Shown here piece by piece: positions 13,071 through 26,866 of a stretch of 63,042 nt of DNA; within the stretch, counting starts at the first letter, position 1; every line of letters starts with the position of its first letter. Made by a program: the position numbers and the translations under genes. The notes under the pieces are model-generated. The model was not told where the DNA came from, made no database searches, and worked only from the letters and a program-made list of their open reading frames with translations. Source of the stretch: Octopus bimaculoides (Eukaryota). The stretch lies in assembly GCF_001194135.2 (NCBI RefSeq), contig NC_068996.1:20626000-20689041 (forward strand), read 5' to 3'.

Positions 13071-15343
13071 TACATACACACATACAGTAATCCCTTGACT
13101 ATCGCGGGTGTTATATTTTGAAACCTCCCACAATAGGTGAAAATACTTGAAGTAGAAATAGTACTGTACTGTATATATTTTTAAAATTATTTTTATGTGT
13201 ATATATTTATTTTATTCTAAATGCAAAACAACACTACGGAGGAATCGACGTAAGCTTAAATAATAAACCACGATATGGCGAGGGATTACTGTACACACAC
13301 ACACACACACACACGTGTGTGTGTGAAAACGCATTCACAAAACGTCTTGATATGAAAAACAATAATCATAAAAACAATAACATGAACTATAACAAAAAGA
13401 AACTATGTAGCAATATGTAATGTGGGTCCAGGGTTAGCATGTATTAAAAAAATGCCCTTTTCTATTTTTGTGAAGTAGTTACAACCTATTAAATCACATA
13501 CACACACATATATATTTATATATAAACACACACATTATTGATAATAGCTTTAAGCAGAAGTCAAAACTAAATTTACTAACCAGCTCAATCTCTTTCTAAG
13601 AGTTTTGTGGTTTAACCATGGGATCCGTTTTTTATAATTAGGCTAAATAAGTACTTATAATATAAGATCATAACTTGGATTACAATTTTAACACACACAA
13701 GCATGGATATAGACACAGACATGGCTATGTGGTAAAACTTTTGCTTCCCAACCACATGATTCCAGGTTCAGTCCTGTTGCATGTCATCTTGAGCAAGTGT
13801 CTTCTACAATAACTTTGGACTGATCAAAGTCTTGTGAGTAGATTTGGTAAAGAGAAACTGAAAGAAGCCCATTGTATGTATGTGTGTGTTGCAGTCTTCT
13901 TGCCTTGACAGCATGTGATAGTTGTAAACGAATGTCACCATCATACAAGCAGTGTTTTTTTTATTTCCAATCTTCCATGAAAACCTGTCTAGCCATGGGG
14001 AAAATATTACCTTGCTTGGAAACAGGTGAAGGTTAGTGACACAAAGGGAATCCACCTCAACAAATTCCACCTGGATGTTAAAATGATGGTAATGATTGTA
14101 CACACACACACACACACACATGCATTTTTCCCCTTTCTGTATTTGAACACTCTGCAAGATGAAAAACTAAAACTGTTAAATGGAAAATGAACTCAAAAGA
14201 ATCAATGGTCATCCAAATTGTATCTACATCAGCTACCATCATGTGTGCAGAAGGGTAACAGAATCATTCTACCTGTACAACTGAATTATGGTCAACAGAA
14301 GGCATATGATCTGTGAAGGATAAAGTACTGGTATGACAATCAGCATAGTCTAATGTACTTTAGTTAAGAGGAGACAGGTTCTTCAAGTACTGTTGACAAT
14401 TTGTCCAGAGATGGGGGTCTAAATGAAAACACTGATCCAGATTTGGCCCTGCCTGCAGTCAAAGGGAGGGCGCCCTTTAGCAAGGGTTGGTAACTGTCCT
14501 AGAGATAGTATCTCAGAAAAAGAAAGACCACCAGTAGTTGTGTAAACTTAAAATCACTAAATTTAAGCAAAAATAGCATGAATGAAACTAGAACCATTGG
14601 TTTCTCTCTGGGTAGGTGCTCTGCAGCCACAACATTTTGTCCAATGCTCTAAAGATTCTATCAAACAATTTAGCACCAAAAGTGTATACAATTCGGTGGA
14701 GTGTGGGGACAGGAAAGAGTGACTAATCAAGCTGGCCCAGTACTAGACAAAAACAAGGGTAATTTTAATTTCTTAGAAATTTAAGTTAATTACAACAAGA
14801 TTTGAACTCAGAATATAGAGAATAGAAATATTTTATGACATTTGCTTTAACAATCAAGCAATTCTTTCACTCACTGCCAGTTTGTATAATAATGACTATA
14901 AGAAAAAGAAAGATGAATAACAAAATAACAATAATAGTGAAAGATCATGTTTACCAAAAGCAATATCTTGATAATTGTGGTTTCCACTACCAGCATAAAA
15001 CCACAAATATGGGAAAGAAGTATGAAAGCAATTGGCTTCGGTCTATTACTAGTAATTATATTATCATTCCAGGGAAAATGAACAAATAAAAGATAATGTG
15101 ATATTATAAAGTAAGGGAAAGGCAGTGAGCTGGTACAATTGTTATCAAGTTGGACAAAATGCTTAGTGGTATTTCTTCTAGCTCTTTACATTCTGAGTTC
15201 AAATTCTACCAAGATCAACTTTACTGTTAATCCCCTCAGGGCTGATAAAATAAAGTACTATTGGTCTCTTAAAATTGCTGGCCTTCTACCAAAATTTGAA
15301 ATTATAAAGTAAGAAAATGTTATTCAATGTAACTAATACTGAC

Positions 15344-15449
15344 CACTTCTTGTAGAGATAGTGGACGTCCAATTTCTTCAGCAGTGAAGTCAATAAACGC
15401 AATGGTTCCATCCCATGAACAACAAAGTAATTCCATACCACATTTACTC
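15344..15449 (-). CDS. HIRA: HIRA exon 13 (SKCGMELLCCSWDGTIAFIDFTAEEIGRPLSLQEV)
   Basis: 106 nt, TAG acceptor, GTCAGT donor. Last WD40 blade. Confidence 0.94.
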
Positions 15450-15944
15450 CTAAAATAAAAAAAATTAAAAAAACAACAAACAATATTTTAAAACTGGAAC
15501 AAGGGTACTGGGATTTGATCAATTCCTTCCTAGAACACAAGTGGAATTTTATTGCGAATAGGAGTGTCCCTGTGGAATTTGAAATTTGTAAGTAGAATAA
15601 TATATCATGTGGTATTTAATCAAGCATAATCATTTCTGCTAAAAAAATATATATATAAACATTTTAAGCAGCTTGTGTAGCCACTTAAATAAATTTGCTC
15701 TGAATTAGATATTCAAAATTTGCACATAAACTCAAGTATAGATGACTACATGTCTACATTATAACTAGATACAAGATGAAAAGAATTCTTTTACTTTCAC
15801 ATGATAACACAACAGTGCTGAAAAAATTGACATTGAAATTATCATTTTAAGTTAAAAAAACAAAAAAAACGAGCATCTTCCTAACATAGGATGAGATACA
15901 ATGCAGATTTGTGTACCACTGATGCACTCTTCTTAGTGAGACTA

Positions 15945-16625
15945 AAACAAAAGTAATTAGTGAAGAGCAAGCTGTTGCACTTAGCATTTGTTAACCTGGA
16001 GCAAGTCAGAGATGGACTACCATGCTTTGTAGTCTGGTGGTTTCTAAGAACATTAGGAGTAGATGAATGGCTTGTGAGAGCAATGCAGGCTATGTATATA
16101 GATGCAGTTTGCAAAGTGAGTTCAGCAAAGAATTTAACAAGTAGTTAAGTGACAATCAGGGATCACTCAGTTTCTACTTCTGTTCATTATAGTTTTTCAA
16201 GTTATAACAGAGGGATTGAAGATCAGCTATGCATAAGAACAGGAAGCAATTGAAAGTGAAAGATCTTAAAATAACATTAGTTAGCAGGAAAGAAGACAGG
16301 ATTAGTGCCACTTGGAAAGGGTTTAATATGCAGAAAGGGTGTAGGTAGAAATTTCATACGAAAAAAAAAAACAATGTAAACTGTGAGTACATCAGAAGTG
16401 ACAGAGAAGAAAGACCTTCATATATAGCAGATCTTCAGGAGTAATTACTAGTAAGTGAACCTGTGAAATATTTTCAAATACACAGAAGACTTTCCAAGAA
16501 TAGTTGATAGCTTCTGTTACTTAGGTAATCTAATTAACAGTGGGAGGGAGTGCTCTGAGTACATTAGTTGCCAGGGTGAAAATGGAGTGGTGAGAAATTG
16601 TGGGAGAAGACAACATAGGAAGGAG
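15945..16625 (+). mobile_element. Old RTE-clade LINE RT fragment
   Basis: KLLHLAFVNLEQ...LRTLGVDEWLVRAMQAMY, homologous to 20845-21744. Confidence 0.7.
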
Positions 16626-16823
16626 AGTAAAAGACTGATCTCAAGAGACTCAAGCTCACCAAGGAGATAGTAAAAAAGACAGTAAGAAGCTCTACTAAGA
16701 AAACAACAGAAAAGCAGATGAAATACATGATTATGCTATTTTAAAAAAAGATCACCCACAAATAAATTGATAAATGACATGCAAACAACTGAATATGAAA
16801 AACCATTAAAAGATGACGCTTAC

Positions 16824-16894
16824 CATGATATATCCAAAATTGAGTTTGTAAATAAATCATGTGTGACAACTAATGGCCGTTTTAAAGCAGTCAG
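16824..16894 (-). CDS. HIRA: HIRA exon 12 (LTALKRPLVVTHDLFTNSILDISW)
   Basis: 71 nt, CAG acceptor, GTAAGC donor. Confidence 0.95.
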
Positions 16895-17800
16895 CTGGAA
16901 AATTATTAAAACAAAATGAAATTATAGTATAATACCCTTACCACCATGATTAATTTGACAGACTTAATTAGTACTGAAAATGCTTATGAATAATTAAAAA
17001 CATCAGATCATACATATAGTCTTCTTACTTATATTTTTATGTTAATAAGATTAATATAATGCCAGATGCCATGTAGATATATTTCTTAAATATTAATTTA
17101 AATTTAATATATACATTTTATATACAAAATACAAAAATTATGTTTTTATACCTAAGAGTTATTTGTTTCTGAAAAAGAAAACTTGCAAATCACTCTTCAA
17201 ATAAGAAGTTACTTGTGCTATAAGAAATAAAATAAATATTTTAATTCTAGTGACACACAAATGGTTCTGTCAATGTTTTGATACTTTCTCTTTAGATAAT
17301 ATACTGAGGTTTCACTATCACAAAAATTAACTGATGGAATTTTTAGACATTTTTGAGAGCCAAAACACAAAATTATGTTTAGAAAGTGTTAGCTGCAATA
17401 GCTATAAGCATTTTCATCAATAATTTAATGAGTCATTGACACAAGTTTCTATGTGGTTGGTTAACCTGCAAGAAATTATACCCTAATCATTTTTTAAAAA
17501 AATGAAATCCTGCATGTATGAAAAGTCAGGATGGTCAATACTGGAATGATTGATCATAGGTATGCATAATCAAGACTGATATGATGACTATTGTATAAAT
17601 ACATCAATATATCTAACACCATTATTATTATGATAACTAAAGTGTAAACCTTAAACAAGACACATCACTCTATATACTACATAAACATATCTAACATTAT
17701 TAGGGTTATAAAAAAAAAAAGGATAAAAATTTAAGTGAAATAAGAATATGAATGAGAGAATCATGAGAAAATGTTAAGGGCTTTATATAATGAGACTTAC

Positions 17801-17857
17801 CCATATTGAAAGTGATCTATCACGACTACCAATGGCACAGCATGTGTATTGTTGAGG
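17801..17857 (-). CDS. HIRA: HIRA exon 11 (PQQYTCCAIGSRDRSLSIW)
   Basis: 57 nt, CAG acceptor, GTAAGT donor. Matches HIRA CCAVGSKDRSLSVW. Confidence 0.93.
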
Positions 17858-18893
17858 CTGGAATCATAACAAAAGTCATCAATGCGTGAGAATTATAAAG
17901 GAAAGAAAAATGGAAATGAGAGAGAGAGAGGTGGAGTATAGAAGTATAAACAACAGAGAAAGATATAGAATAAGCACTTTCACACACACAATGGACTTTT
18001 AGTTTCCACCTACCAGTTTCATTCACAAGACTATGGTTGGGCTACAGCCTAAGTAGAAGACACTTTGCCCAAGGTGCTGTTCAGTAGGATTGAACTCCAA
18101 AACCCCAAACCATGAGGTTGGGAAGTAAACTTCCTACCCATACATAGCCATGCCCATGGTTAAAAAATGTATAATAAAATGTGCATATATGTGTTTGTGC
18201 TTAGCTTTATTTGTATGGTAGGTTTTTTAAGTCTAGATACCCATTCCCATTGCCAACTCTTACCCAGTTCCTAGTAATATTTTTCAATGAAAAGGATATG
18301 GTGATAAAACAATGAAACAAAACTAATATTTGAAATTAATTGTTGTTAACAACCTTATAGGTCTTTCAACCATTATTCTCATTTTCAGTGATGAAATTTA
18401 AAAAACAATATTTCTAGCACACAATATTTCAATTAGTTTGCTCTCTTGCTATCATAATACCAAAATTCTGAAGAACATAAACTTGTGAAACCACATGCAA
18501 ATGACATCAAAATAGTCAGGAATTTTAAAATTATTTGCAATGAACTAAATCTATTTTTTACACAAAAGTAAGAAATGAATTTATTAGAAGCAATATAATT
18601 CAAGTGATTTAATAGAACATCAGCTGCCATATCAAAGATCTGATGGTTCCCATCTTAATACCAATGCCATGCTATGTACAGCCAATTCACATCTTACTGT
18701 CTCAGCCTACCTAGTTGTGAGAACAGAGACTATGCTGTAGTTTGTAAATTTGCAATGAATTCGAACTGTCATATGACTAACATGGAGAGAGATGCAACTA
18801 AACAGGATAAACTTAGATTAAATAGGGTATATAAAGACTGAAATGACAGTTCTGTAATAGTTAGAGAGATGGAGGAAACTCGTGTAAACTCAC

Positions 18894-18944
18894 CTTATCT
18901 AATTCCTTTTTAACTTTCATAGATAGAATGTTGGGATTAAAACG
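18894..18944 (-). CDS. HIRA: HIRA exon 10 (RFNPNILSMKVKKELDK)
   Basis: 51 nt, CAG acceptor, GTGAGT donor. Continues the frame (FNP motif). Confidence 0.88.
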
Positions 18945-19636
18945 CTGAAAGAGAATTATTATTATTATAAATATTATAACAGAATGCCCACAAGAGTAAC
19001 TATAATTCACATGAATGTACCATAAAAAATAATTAGCTACCCTATATGATTAGGTCTGATAATGAATTAATGATTGAGTAGTAAAATTAATGAAGAGGCA
19101 GTGAACTAGATTAAATCTATTTGAAATTGTTCATGATGGAACTAATTTTCATCTAAATTCTGGCGTGAGTTTTTACCAACAGCAAAATCATTTAAATAGG
19201 CAAACATAATTGTCTTACTATATTTGTCCATCCATGTTCTGAGTAATAGTCAATACAAGGTATTTAAGATGTGTGATGGTGTATAGGAGCAAAACATAGT
19301 TAATAAATGTAGAGGATTATATGTTGTGTGTTAGTATGGTGGTGTATGGTAGTGTAACATAGACAGTGAATGAAGAGGACTATACGTGGTGATATATGTT
19401 TGAAGGTGAGTGGCCATGAATGCAAAAAACGGTATATTTGTGATGGTGTATAGCAGCAGATAGTGTTCTTGTTCTGCTGTTCCTATTGTTTTACTTCTAA
19501 TGAAATACAAACTACATTACCTAAGTTTTAGGTTTATTATATTAACCAGGTTTCAAACTGCCTTCTGTTTAAGTGGAATCAAAACAAAGTAGGTATTATA
19601 TACCATACAGGAAGAGGCATACAAAAGTATACTAAC

Positions 19637-19804
19637 AACTACAGTAATAGCTTTTCGGTGACCAACAAAATCCATTGATGTTCGCCACCCTTCACGCTCG
19701 ATTATTTGTGCTGTAGGTCCTGAGTTGTTCATTGCATGAGCTGAAACTATGTAGTGACCATCAGGTGACCAATTCAGTCGGAGAATATGTGTGGTAGCTG
19801 AGCA
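19637..19804 (-). CDS. HIRA: HIRA exon 9 (CSATTHILRLNWSPDGHYIVSAHAMNNSGPTAQIIEREGWRTSMDFVGHRKAITVV)
   Basis: 168 nt, CAG acceptor, GTTAGT donor. Diagnostic HIRA motif SAHAMNNSGPTAQIIER. Confidence 0.97.
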
Positions 19805-20103
19805 CTGAAACATACATGCACACTCATTGAAACAATAGGTCTAGTTTTATAATATACAGCAATATGTAGACATCTGCAATAAACTTACAAAAAAAAGTTT
19901 TCTTTAATGAATGAATAATTCAGAGAGAGAGATCTGTAGAATGAAGGGGTTATATACGTGATGAGCATGCCACAATAATATCACAGTAAAAGACTTCTAA
20001 TCAGCCACACACACACACACAGTCACACTCACATACACAGACTAAAATAAGCTAGTTTATAAAACTCTGCAAGTTTATGATAGTAAAAGAAAATAACCAT
20101 TAC

Positions 20104-20181
20104 CTCTTCAAATGGTTCCTTAACAACAGCTTCTTGTTGCCAGTCAACAGTACGCCAGATCCTGAGAGTTTTATCATCAGA
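20104..20181 (-). CDS. HIRA: HIRA exon 8 (SDDKTLRIWRTVDWQQEAVVKEPFEE)
   Basis: 78 nt, TAG acceptor, GTAATG donor, phase 0-0. Confidence 0.95.
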
Positions 20182-20844
20182 CTAAAGTAGTGAAATTTAT
20201 AAAAACCTTGTAAAATTCAAAAATAGTTACGCAATATTAAAAAATAATTACTGAATATTCCAAGACAACTGACATATAATATGACAACTCCAAAAATTCT
20301 CTCTTCAAACTTATATTTCGTGTTTCTCTTATCAATCAATATCATCATATGTAAGATGATATGAAGGTCCACAAACTTAGGAACTTTTCCAAGATTGTTT
20401 TTAATGTCATTGACATGGAAATCAGAGCAGGAATTTTCATACAGTTTATGAACTGTGAAATTGTTTTATACATGTGTGTATATATATACATACATACATA
20501 TATATATATACACACACACAAATACATACAAAGTTCTTTGTTTATAAGCTTTGCAATCTATGGAATCACATCACTGAGATATAATTTCCAAGTCATCAGG
20601 CTACATACATACACACACACACACACAGAGTAAATTGTAGTTGAAGCACCATTTGATGACGTTACTAGGAGTCTAAGAAGGATTCTTGCATTTTATATCT
20701 TGAAATACCATCTTATATGCCACCATAAAAAGACATGTAATATAGATAGTTGTCTTGAATTGAAAATCAGTTACATACAATTTTAATTTTTTGAAACAGA
20801 ATATGAAATTTAAAATTATATAAAAGAAAGAAATTTTTAGCCCA

Positions 20845-21744
20845 ACTAATTAGGGAAAGAGTGCTTAGATGAGATGCAGTTCGGTTTTGTGCCAGGTAGA
20901 AGCACCACTGATGCTATATTCCTGGTACAGCAGCTGCAGGAGAAATACCTAGCCAAAGATAAACCTCTGTACTTGGCTTTTGTGGACTTGGAGAAAGCCT
21001 TTGACAGGGTCCCCCAATCCCTTATCTGGTGGGTGATGCAGAAACTGGGGATTGACGAATGATTAATAAGGGCTGTACAGGCCCTATACAGAGATGCCGT
21101 TAGTAAGATTGGGGTTGGCAATGAGTATAGTGAAGAATTCCTGGTAGATGTAGGGGTCCACCGAGGATCAGCCCTCAATCCCTTCTTATTCATCATTGTC
21201 CCCAGTTAATAACAGAGTAATTCAAGAAAGGTTGCCCTTGGGAACTCCTCTATGCTGATGACCTGGCCCTCATAGCAGAATCACTACCAGAACTAGTGAG
21301 GAAATTTCAGGTGTGGAAACAAGGTTTAGAATTGAAGGGCCTTAGAGTCAATGTCGCAAAGACCAAAGTTCTAGTCAGTAGGAGGGCGAACACATCACAC
21401 ACTCCTTCAGGTAGGTGGCCCTGCTCGATCTGTAGAAAAGGTGTAGGTAGAAACTCCATAAGATCTACCCAGTGTAAGCAATGGACACATAAGAGGTCCA
21501 GCAACATCAAAGGAAGATTAACCGGGAAGATAGCTTTCATATGCGGAAGAGGCCATAAACACCACAGATGCTCAGAAAACAGATTCCATCACATGCCAGT
21601 GGGAGAAACTAGAAGTAGTTGATAGCTTCCGCTACCTAGGTGACCAAGTCTGTAGTGGGGGGTGGATGCTCAGAGAGTGTTACTACTAGAATAAGAATAG
21701 CCTGGGCAAAGTTCAGAAAGCTTCTACCCCTACTAGTGACAAAG
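20845..21744 (+). mobile_element. RTE-clade LINE reverse transcriptase fragment (disrupted)
   Basis: QFGFVPGRSTTDAIF..LAFVDLEKAFDRVP..LLYADDLAL..GLRVNVAKTKV, with stops and frameshifts. Confidence 0.9.
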
Positions 21745-21806
21745 ATATGGATATGTATGTTTGTGAAAAACGCATGTTGGTCTGACAAAATATATAATAT
21801 TCTTAC

Positions 21807-21889
21807 TTGGGATGCAAGATATTTTCCAACTGGATCCCAGGTAACACCTTTTACCAAACCAGAGTGACCTTTTAAAACACAGATCTGTT
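21807..21889 (-). CDS. HIRA: HIRA exon 7 (EQICVLKGHSGLVKGVTWDPVGKYLASQ)
   Basis: 83 nt, CAG acceptor, GTAAGA donor. Confidence 0.96.
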
Positions 21890-22035
21890 CTGAAAAGAGA
21901 AAAAGAATGATAGAAGTAAGCTATTTAGAAAGTAATGATAATAAAGCTATGAGCCAATGAGAAAATAATATTTATGATAACTTGAGGTGCTAGAAATAAC
22001 AGTGAACTTTCAAATTCATAAAAAAGGAAAGCCAC

Positions 22036-22400
22036 ATCATCATCATTTAATGTCTGTTTTCCATACTAACATGGATTGGACAGTTTGACTGAAAACTAGT
22101 AAGCAGGAGAGCTGCACCAGGCTCCAATCTGATTTGGCATGGCCTCTACAGCTGGATGCCCTTTCTAATGCCAACCACTCCAGGAGTGTAGTGGGTGCTT
22201 TTTACATTCCACTGGCACAGGCACCAGTTACAAACACTGGCATTAGCCACAACTATGATCTCAGTTGTCTTGATAAGTCTCCTCTATATTGCTCACTTGT
22301 CACTGCTTCTGTGAGGCCCAAAGTTCAAAGGGTGCTTTTTACATGCCAGTTACACAACACTGGCATTGGCTATAACTATTATTTCACTTGGCTTAACATT
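22036..22400 (-). mobile_element. RTE 3' end fragment with duplicated terminal unit
   Basis: (GAT)n tail and AGGGCATCCAGCTGTAGA 3' UTR motif. Confidence 0.6.
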
Positions 22401-23226
22401 GGATAACAATTAAAAATAAGACCAGATGTTCATGGTTGAAATATGTGTGTTTGTCTTCCCGTTGTGCAGTACATAAAAACAAAAAAAAGCCACCATCTAT
22501 ACAATGGTGTCTGTCTGCAATCTGCTGTAAAATATGGGCCAGCCATTGAGCTGCTCATTGTTTTAAGAATTAAAGGCAATAGGACCTTATTTGGTGAATG
22601 TTGGCAAAAGAACGAGCATCTGGATATAGAAAATCAGTCGCAAGAAGTTTCACGTAATCCATTCCCATATGGAAAAGCGGACATTAAACAGTAGTAATAA
22701 TGGGTTCAAATTTTGGCACAAGACCAGCAATTTCAGGAGAGGGGTAACTCAATTACATCAACCCCAGTGTTCAACTGATACTTACTTTATCAATCACAAA
22801 AGGATGAAAAGCAAAATGACCTCGGTAGAATTTGAACTCGGAATGTAAAGACAGACAAAATGCTGCCCTGCATGCTAACAATTCTATAAGCTCACTGGCT
22901 TATTAAGCAGTAATAATAATGATGGCAGTGAAGATTACATTAGGAATAAAAATCATTTGCTTATGACCAGTTTATGGATCTGATGTGGTGTAAGGGATTC
23001 GGTCAAAGCTGGCATTTATTTGTAATTGATTACAAACTCAACAGGCAAAATTACCTGTTCACAAGAAATTTGAATAGACAGGTATGAAGCTAAAGAATGT
23101 TTTACCAATTTTGCCAACTCATTTTTTTTTTCATTTAGAGGTAGAAGCCTCTGAAGATAGTCTTTTGCAAAGGAAATCAATGCTGAATATACATATCTTA
23201 AGATAAATTTTAAAAAGTTTATTTAC

Positions 23227-23322
23227 CTGGAAATTTCACAGCATTCCATACAACAACAGTGTTGTCAACACTACATGTGGCTAACCAGGCATCATGTGGT
23301 GACCAAGCCAAGTCAAGTACAT
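23227..23322 (-). CDS. HIRA: HIRA exon 6 (DVLDLAWSPHDAWLATCSVDNTVVVWNAVKFP)
   Basis: 96 nt, TAG acceptor, GTAAAT donor. Confidence 0.96.
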
Positions 23323-23632
23323 CTATAAATTATAAAACAATAAATATTGAGAACCAGTGTGTGCTGTTGTCAATGATAATGATCATAATTCTTTCAAATT
23401 TTGATGCAAGACCAGCAATTTTAGTGTGTGTGGGGTGGGGTAAGTTGATTACATCAACCGCAATGCGTAACTGGCACTTATTCTATCAACCCTGAAAAGA
23501 TGAATGGCAAAATTGACCACAGCAGTATCTGAACTGGAATCTAAAGAGCAGGAATAATTAATAAGCATTTTGTCTGATGAGCAAACAGATCTGCTAGCTT
23601 GCCACTTTGATGATGATAATAATACTAGTTAC

Positions 23633-23666
<34 letters not shown>

Positions 23667-25134
23667 CAAATAATAAATGAGTATATGCATATATACGTAC
23701 AGGTATGTGCATACCTACGTCTACCTGTATATATAGGTGCATATCTGGGTACAGGACATTGAAAACAAAACGTAGACAAAAAAAATAATAATAACCAGAG
23801 TATAGAACACACACAGGCCACATAGAGAACATTTTCCTTCATCAGCTACCCAAGTCTAACACAGGCGTTTCGAAGAGTAGGGCAGGACGCATTGTTAAAA
23901 TGGCTCTTCCCATGGATCACAAATTAAACTGTACCATGGAGGAATGTAGTGGCGGACAGAAAACAAGACAGGAAAACAAACTGAAAAGGCTATATGGCCA
24001 GACGTGAAAAATTATGTGTATGTAGAACGCTGTGAAGCAACGAACTGGAAGCAGGATGAAATAAGTTTGTATGTTTGCTTGGCGAAAGCCAAGGAAGAAA
24101 AGAATTAGTACGTGGACACATGTGACCACGAGGGGTAAGGAAGAGAGAGTGGTAGAGGGAGAAACAAGGGGAGGTATACACACACACACACAAAAAGAAA
24201 AGAATCATTAAATTAGCTATTAACTTTATTGTAGAAAAGTGTATGCTTTCATTTTTAGCCATCTATTTTAAATACTCAGGATACATTCTATAACATTAGC
24301 TGACATTAAAATCAATAAATGTTTCTAGATACACATACATTTGTGTGTAAACAACAAATTAAAAGGGTGGCTTATTAGCAATTAGAACCTAAAGGCAAAA
24401 TTAATAGAGGTCACAAAAGTAATGGAGGGTACAGACTAGCACTGCTTATGCTAAAATAAGAGTTAAATTAACTCCAAAGTCACCAAAGCACTATACTTAA
24501 TGACAGACGAAGGGAGGTAAGTCCCAAGAGTATATAGCCTTATACGATTTCGAATTTTGGTGTAGACCACCTTAATTCTCATCAGCAGATCTTAATGCCT
24601 AGAGTTAAACTCAATCTCCTTTGAAAATCTTCTGTCAAATCATCCTATCCATGTCAGCATGGAAAGTGGATATTAAATGAGTATGATGGTGATATAGCTA
24701 GTCAGGTATGGTTGTCAGCAGATCTTGAGCAAAAATAAGAACCCAGTTACCATGCTATTCACTTCAGGGAGAACTCTACTATTAAAAGAATATATACCAG
24801 TTGTTAGGATATCCCACCAAAATAGTGGAGCAACAATGCTAATAGCAATCGAAAACATTTCAACATAAAACAGGACCATGTTAAATTGATATGAGAGGAA
24901 GCCAAGTATTAATATTATTATTCTTTTTAACTCCAGTTTTGTTGGAATGCCTGCAGCCTAGGGTACCATGCTATTTGTTCTTTTCATCATCATCATTATT
25001 ATAAGTAGTAGTTGTTGATACAACATATATTTTCATTACTTCTTGAAGATGTTATGACTAAAGGTCTCATTTTTCAAGTTATAGAAAGGCAGTAATTTAA
25101 TTAGATTTTTAAAAATCTAAAATATCGAACATAC

Positions 25135-25229
25135 CTCCAGAATGTCCTCGAAGTGTAAATACTGGCCTCCACTGTTCAATATTTACCATTTTTCCTCCAC
25201 TTCCAAACACTGTTGATGGGCCACCATAC
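25135..25229 (-). CDS. HIRA: HIRA exon 5 (YGGPSTVFGSGGKMVNIEQWRPVFTLRGHSG)
   Basis: 95 nt, CAG acceptor, GTATGT donor. Matches HIRA GPSTVFGS...NVEQWR. Confidence 0.96.
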
Positions 25230-26132
25230 CTGTTGGAGATATAAAAAAAAAAACCCCAGTAAAATGACCATTTTTAAAAGACTCGACAGAAACAAATGAC
25301 TTTAGAGAATGAGATTTGATTCCAAAATATGAGAAAATACCATGAAGAAATACAATAAAGGAAAGGACACATTTTATATTATAATCTTACACACAGCTAA
25401 AACAACATAATCTTTAATCTTTCACTTGTTTCAGTCATTAGACTGCAGCTATGATGAGGCACTACTTTGAAGAATTTTATAGTTGAATGTATCACATACA
25501 CACATATATGTATCACATGACACACACATATATACGATGGGCTTCTTTCAGTCTCCATCTACCAAATCTACTTGCAAAGCTTTGCTTGCCAAAAGTGCTA
25601 TGCAGTGAGACTGAACCTGGAATCGTGTATTAGGAAGCAAGCTTCTTACTACACACCTGCGCCTATAATTATTACAGTACATATACCTTTGACCCTAAGT
25701 CTGCTAAATCAGGCTTGATTTTGAGCTAAACAATAACAGAACCAAGGCATCAGTATATCAGATGACATTAAGTCACCTTCATCAACAAATCTCCAAGTAC
25801 TTCTCAAACCAAACACCAAGGTTTTTGGTATATTTTCATCTAATCTGTCAAAACAGAGATGAATTTGTGTTACTTTTTAAATCTATCCTCTTCATTCTCA
25901 TGGCAGTTTAGAAAAAAAAAAATTTCTTTAATCTATTATTTCATGCATCTCAATCTTTTAACCATAAACTCTTTTTTGGCAGTGTGTTTATTGTAGACAC
26001 CAACAGGTCTTCATCCCAAATCAATTTCATCTACCATAAATGAAATGTACATATATACTGAAGCTGCCATACAACATAAACATCAATCAAAATGCAACAA
26101 ATAAATATATACTTCCAACCCACTTTACTTAC

Positions 26133-26223
26133 CTGCTTGTTTGCCAGATCATAACTAATTTGTCATCTGCACCAGAAGCTAAATGTCGGCCATTATGAGA
26201 CCAACGGACACAGTTAACACAAC
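26133..26223 (-). CDS. HIRA: HIRA exon 4 (GCVNCVRWSHNGRHLASGADDKLVMIWQTSR)
   Basis: 91 nt, CAG acceptor, GTAAGT donor. WD40 repeat. Confidence 0.96.
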
Positions 26224-26755
26224 CTGTAGAAAATGTTTTTAAAACTGTATTATTGGAAACGGATCTATTATCACATGTGGTTTTACTAATGTTACATTCA
26301 AACATATTTGACAATTCATTTTATAAAATATAACTCTGTATTCATTCATATGATGCAGTAATGTAGTCATATCACAGTCCCTTAATTCTTTAACATTCAA
26401 ACCAGCCATATCTGGGACAGGCAAAGGGTTAAATACTCATGCAAGCAGGAAAACATTAAAACTGAAAAAGTGGGTACTGGTTGCTTTTCTTATGGAACCA
26501 AAACTGCTAGATCATCAAATACTCGTAAGACAATACAACTGAGTGGGACATAGTATTATAGAATATGTAAGTATGATAGAGGGAGAGGAATAGGTGTCTT
26601 GCTGATGAGGTGAACACATGACTTGGTGGGGAGGGGGGGGAGATATGGTGAAGTCATACCCTCAAAGTATAAAATGAATATGAAAGAAAATAGCAATAGA
26701 GGTACAAAAGTGGGTTATAGGTAGGTGTACTTGTTGAAAACAATACTGTACTCAC

Positions 26756-26866
26756 CTAAGTGATTATCCATTTGACATAATATTTTTGGTACAGCATCAT
26801 TTTTCTCAGATATTTCATCTCTAACTGGTGCCATGTTCCAAATAACAACTTTACCACAATCGTCAC
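26756..26866 (-). CDS. HIRA: HIRA exon 3 (GDDCGKVVIWNMAPVRDEISEKNDAVPKILCQMDNHL)
   Basis: 111 nt, TAG acceptor, GTGAGT donor. Matches HIRA GKVVIWNM...LCQMDNHL. Confidence 0.96.
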   Translation of the reverse strand: MTIVVKLLFGTWHQLEMKYLRKMMLYQKYYVKWIIT

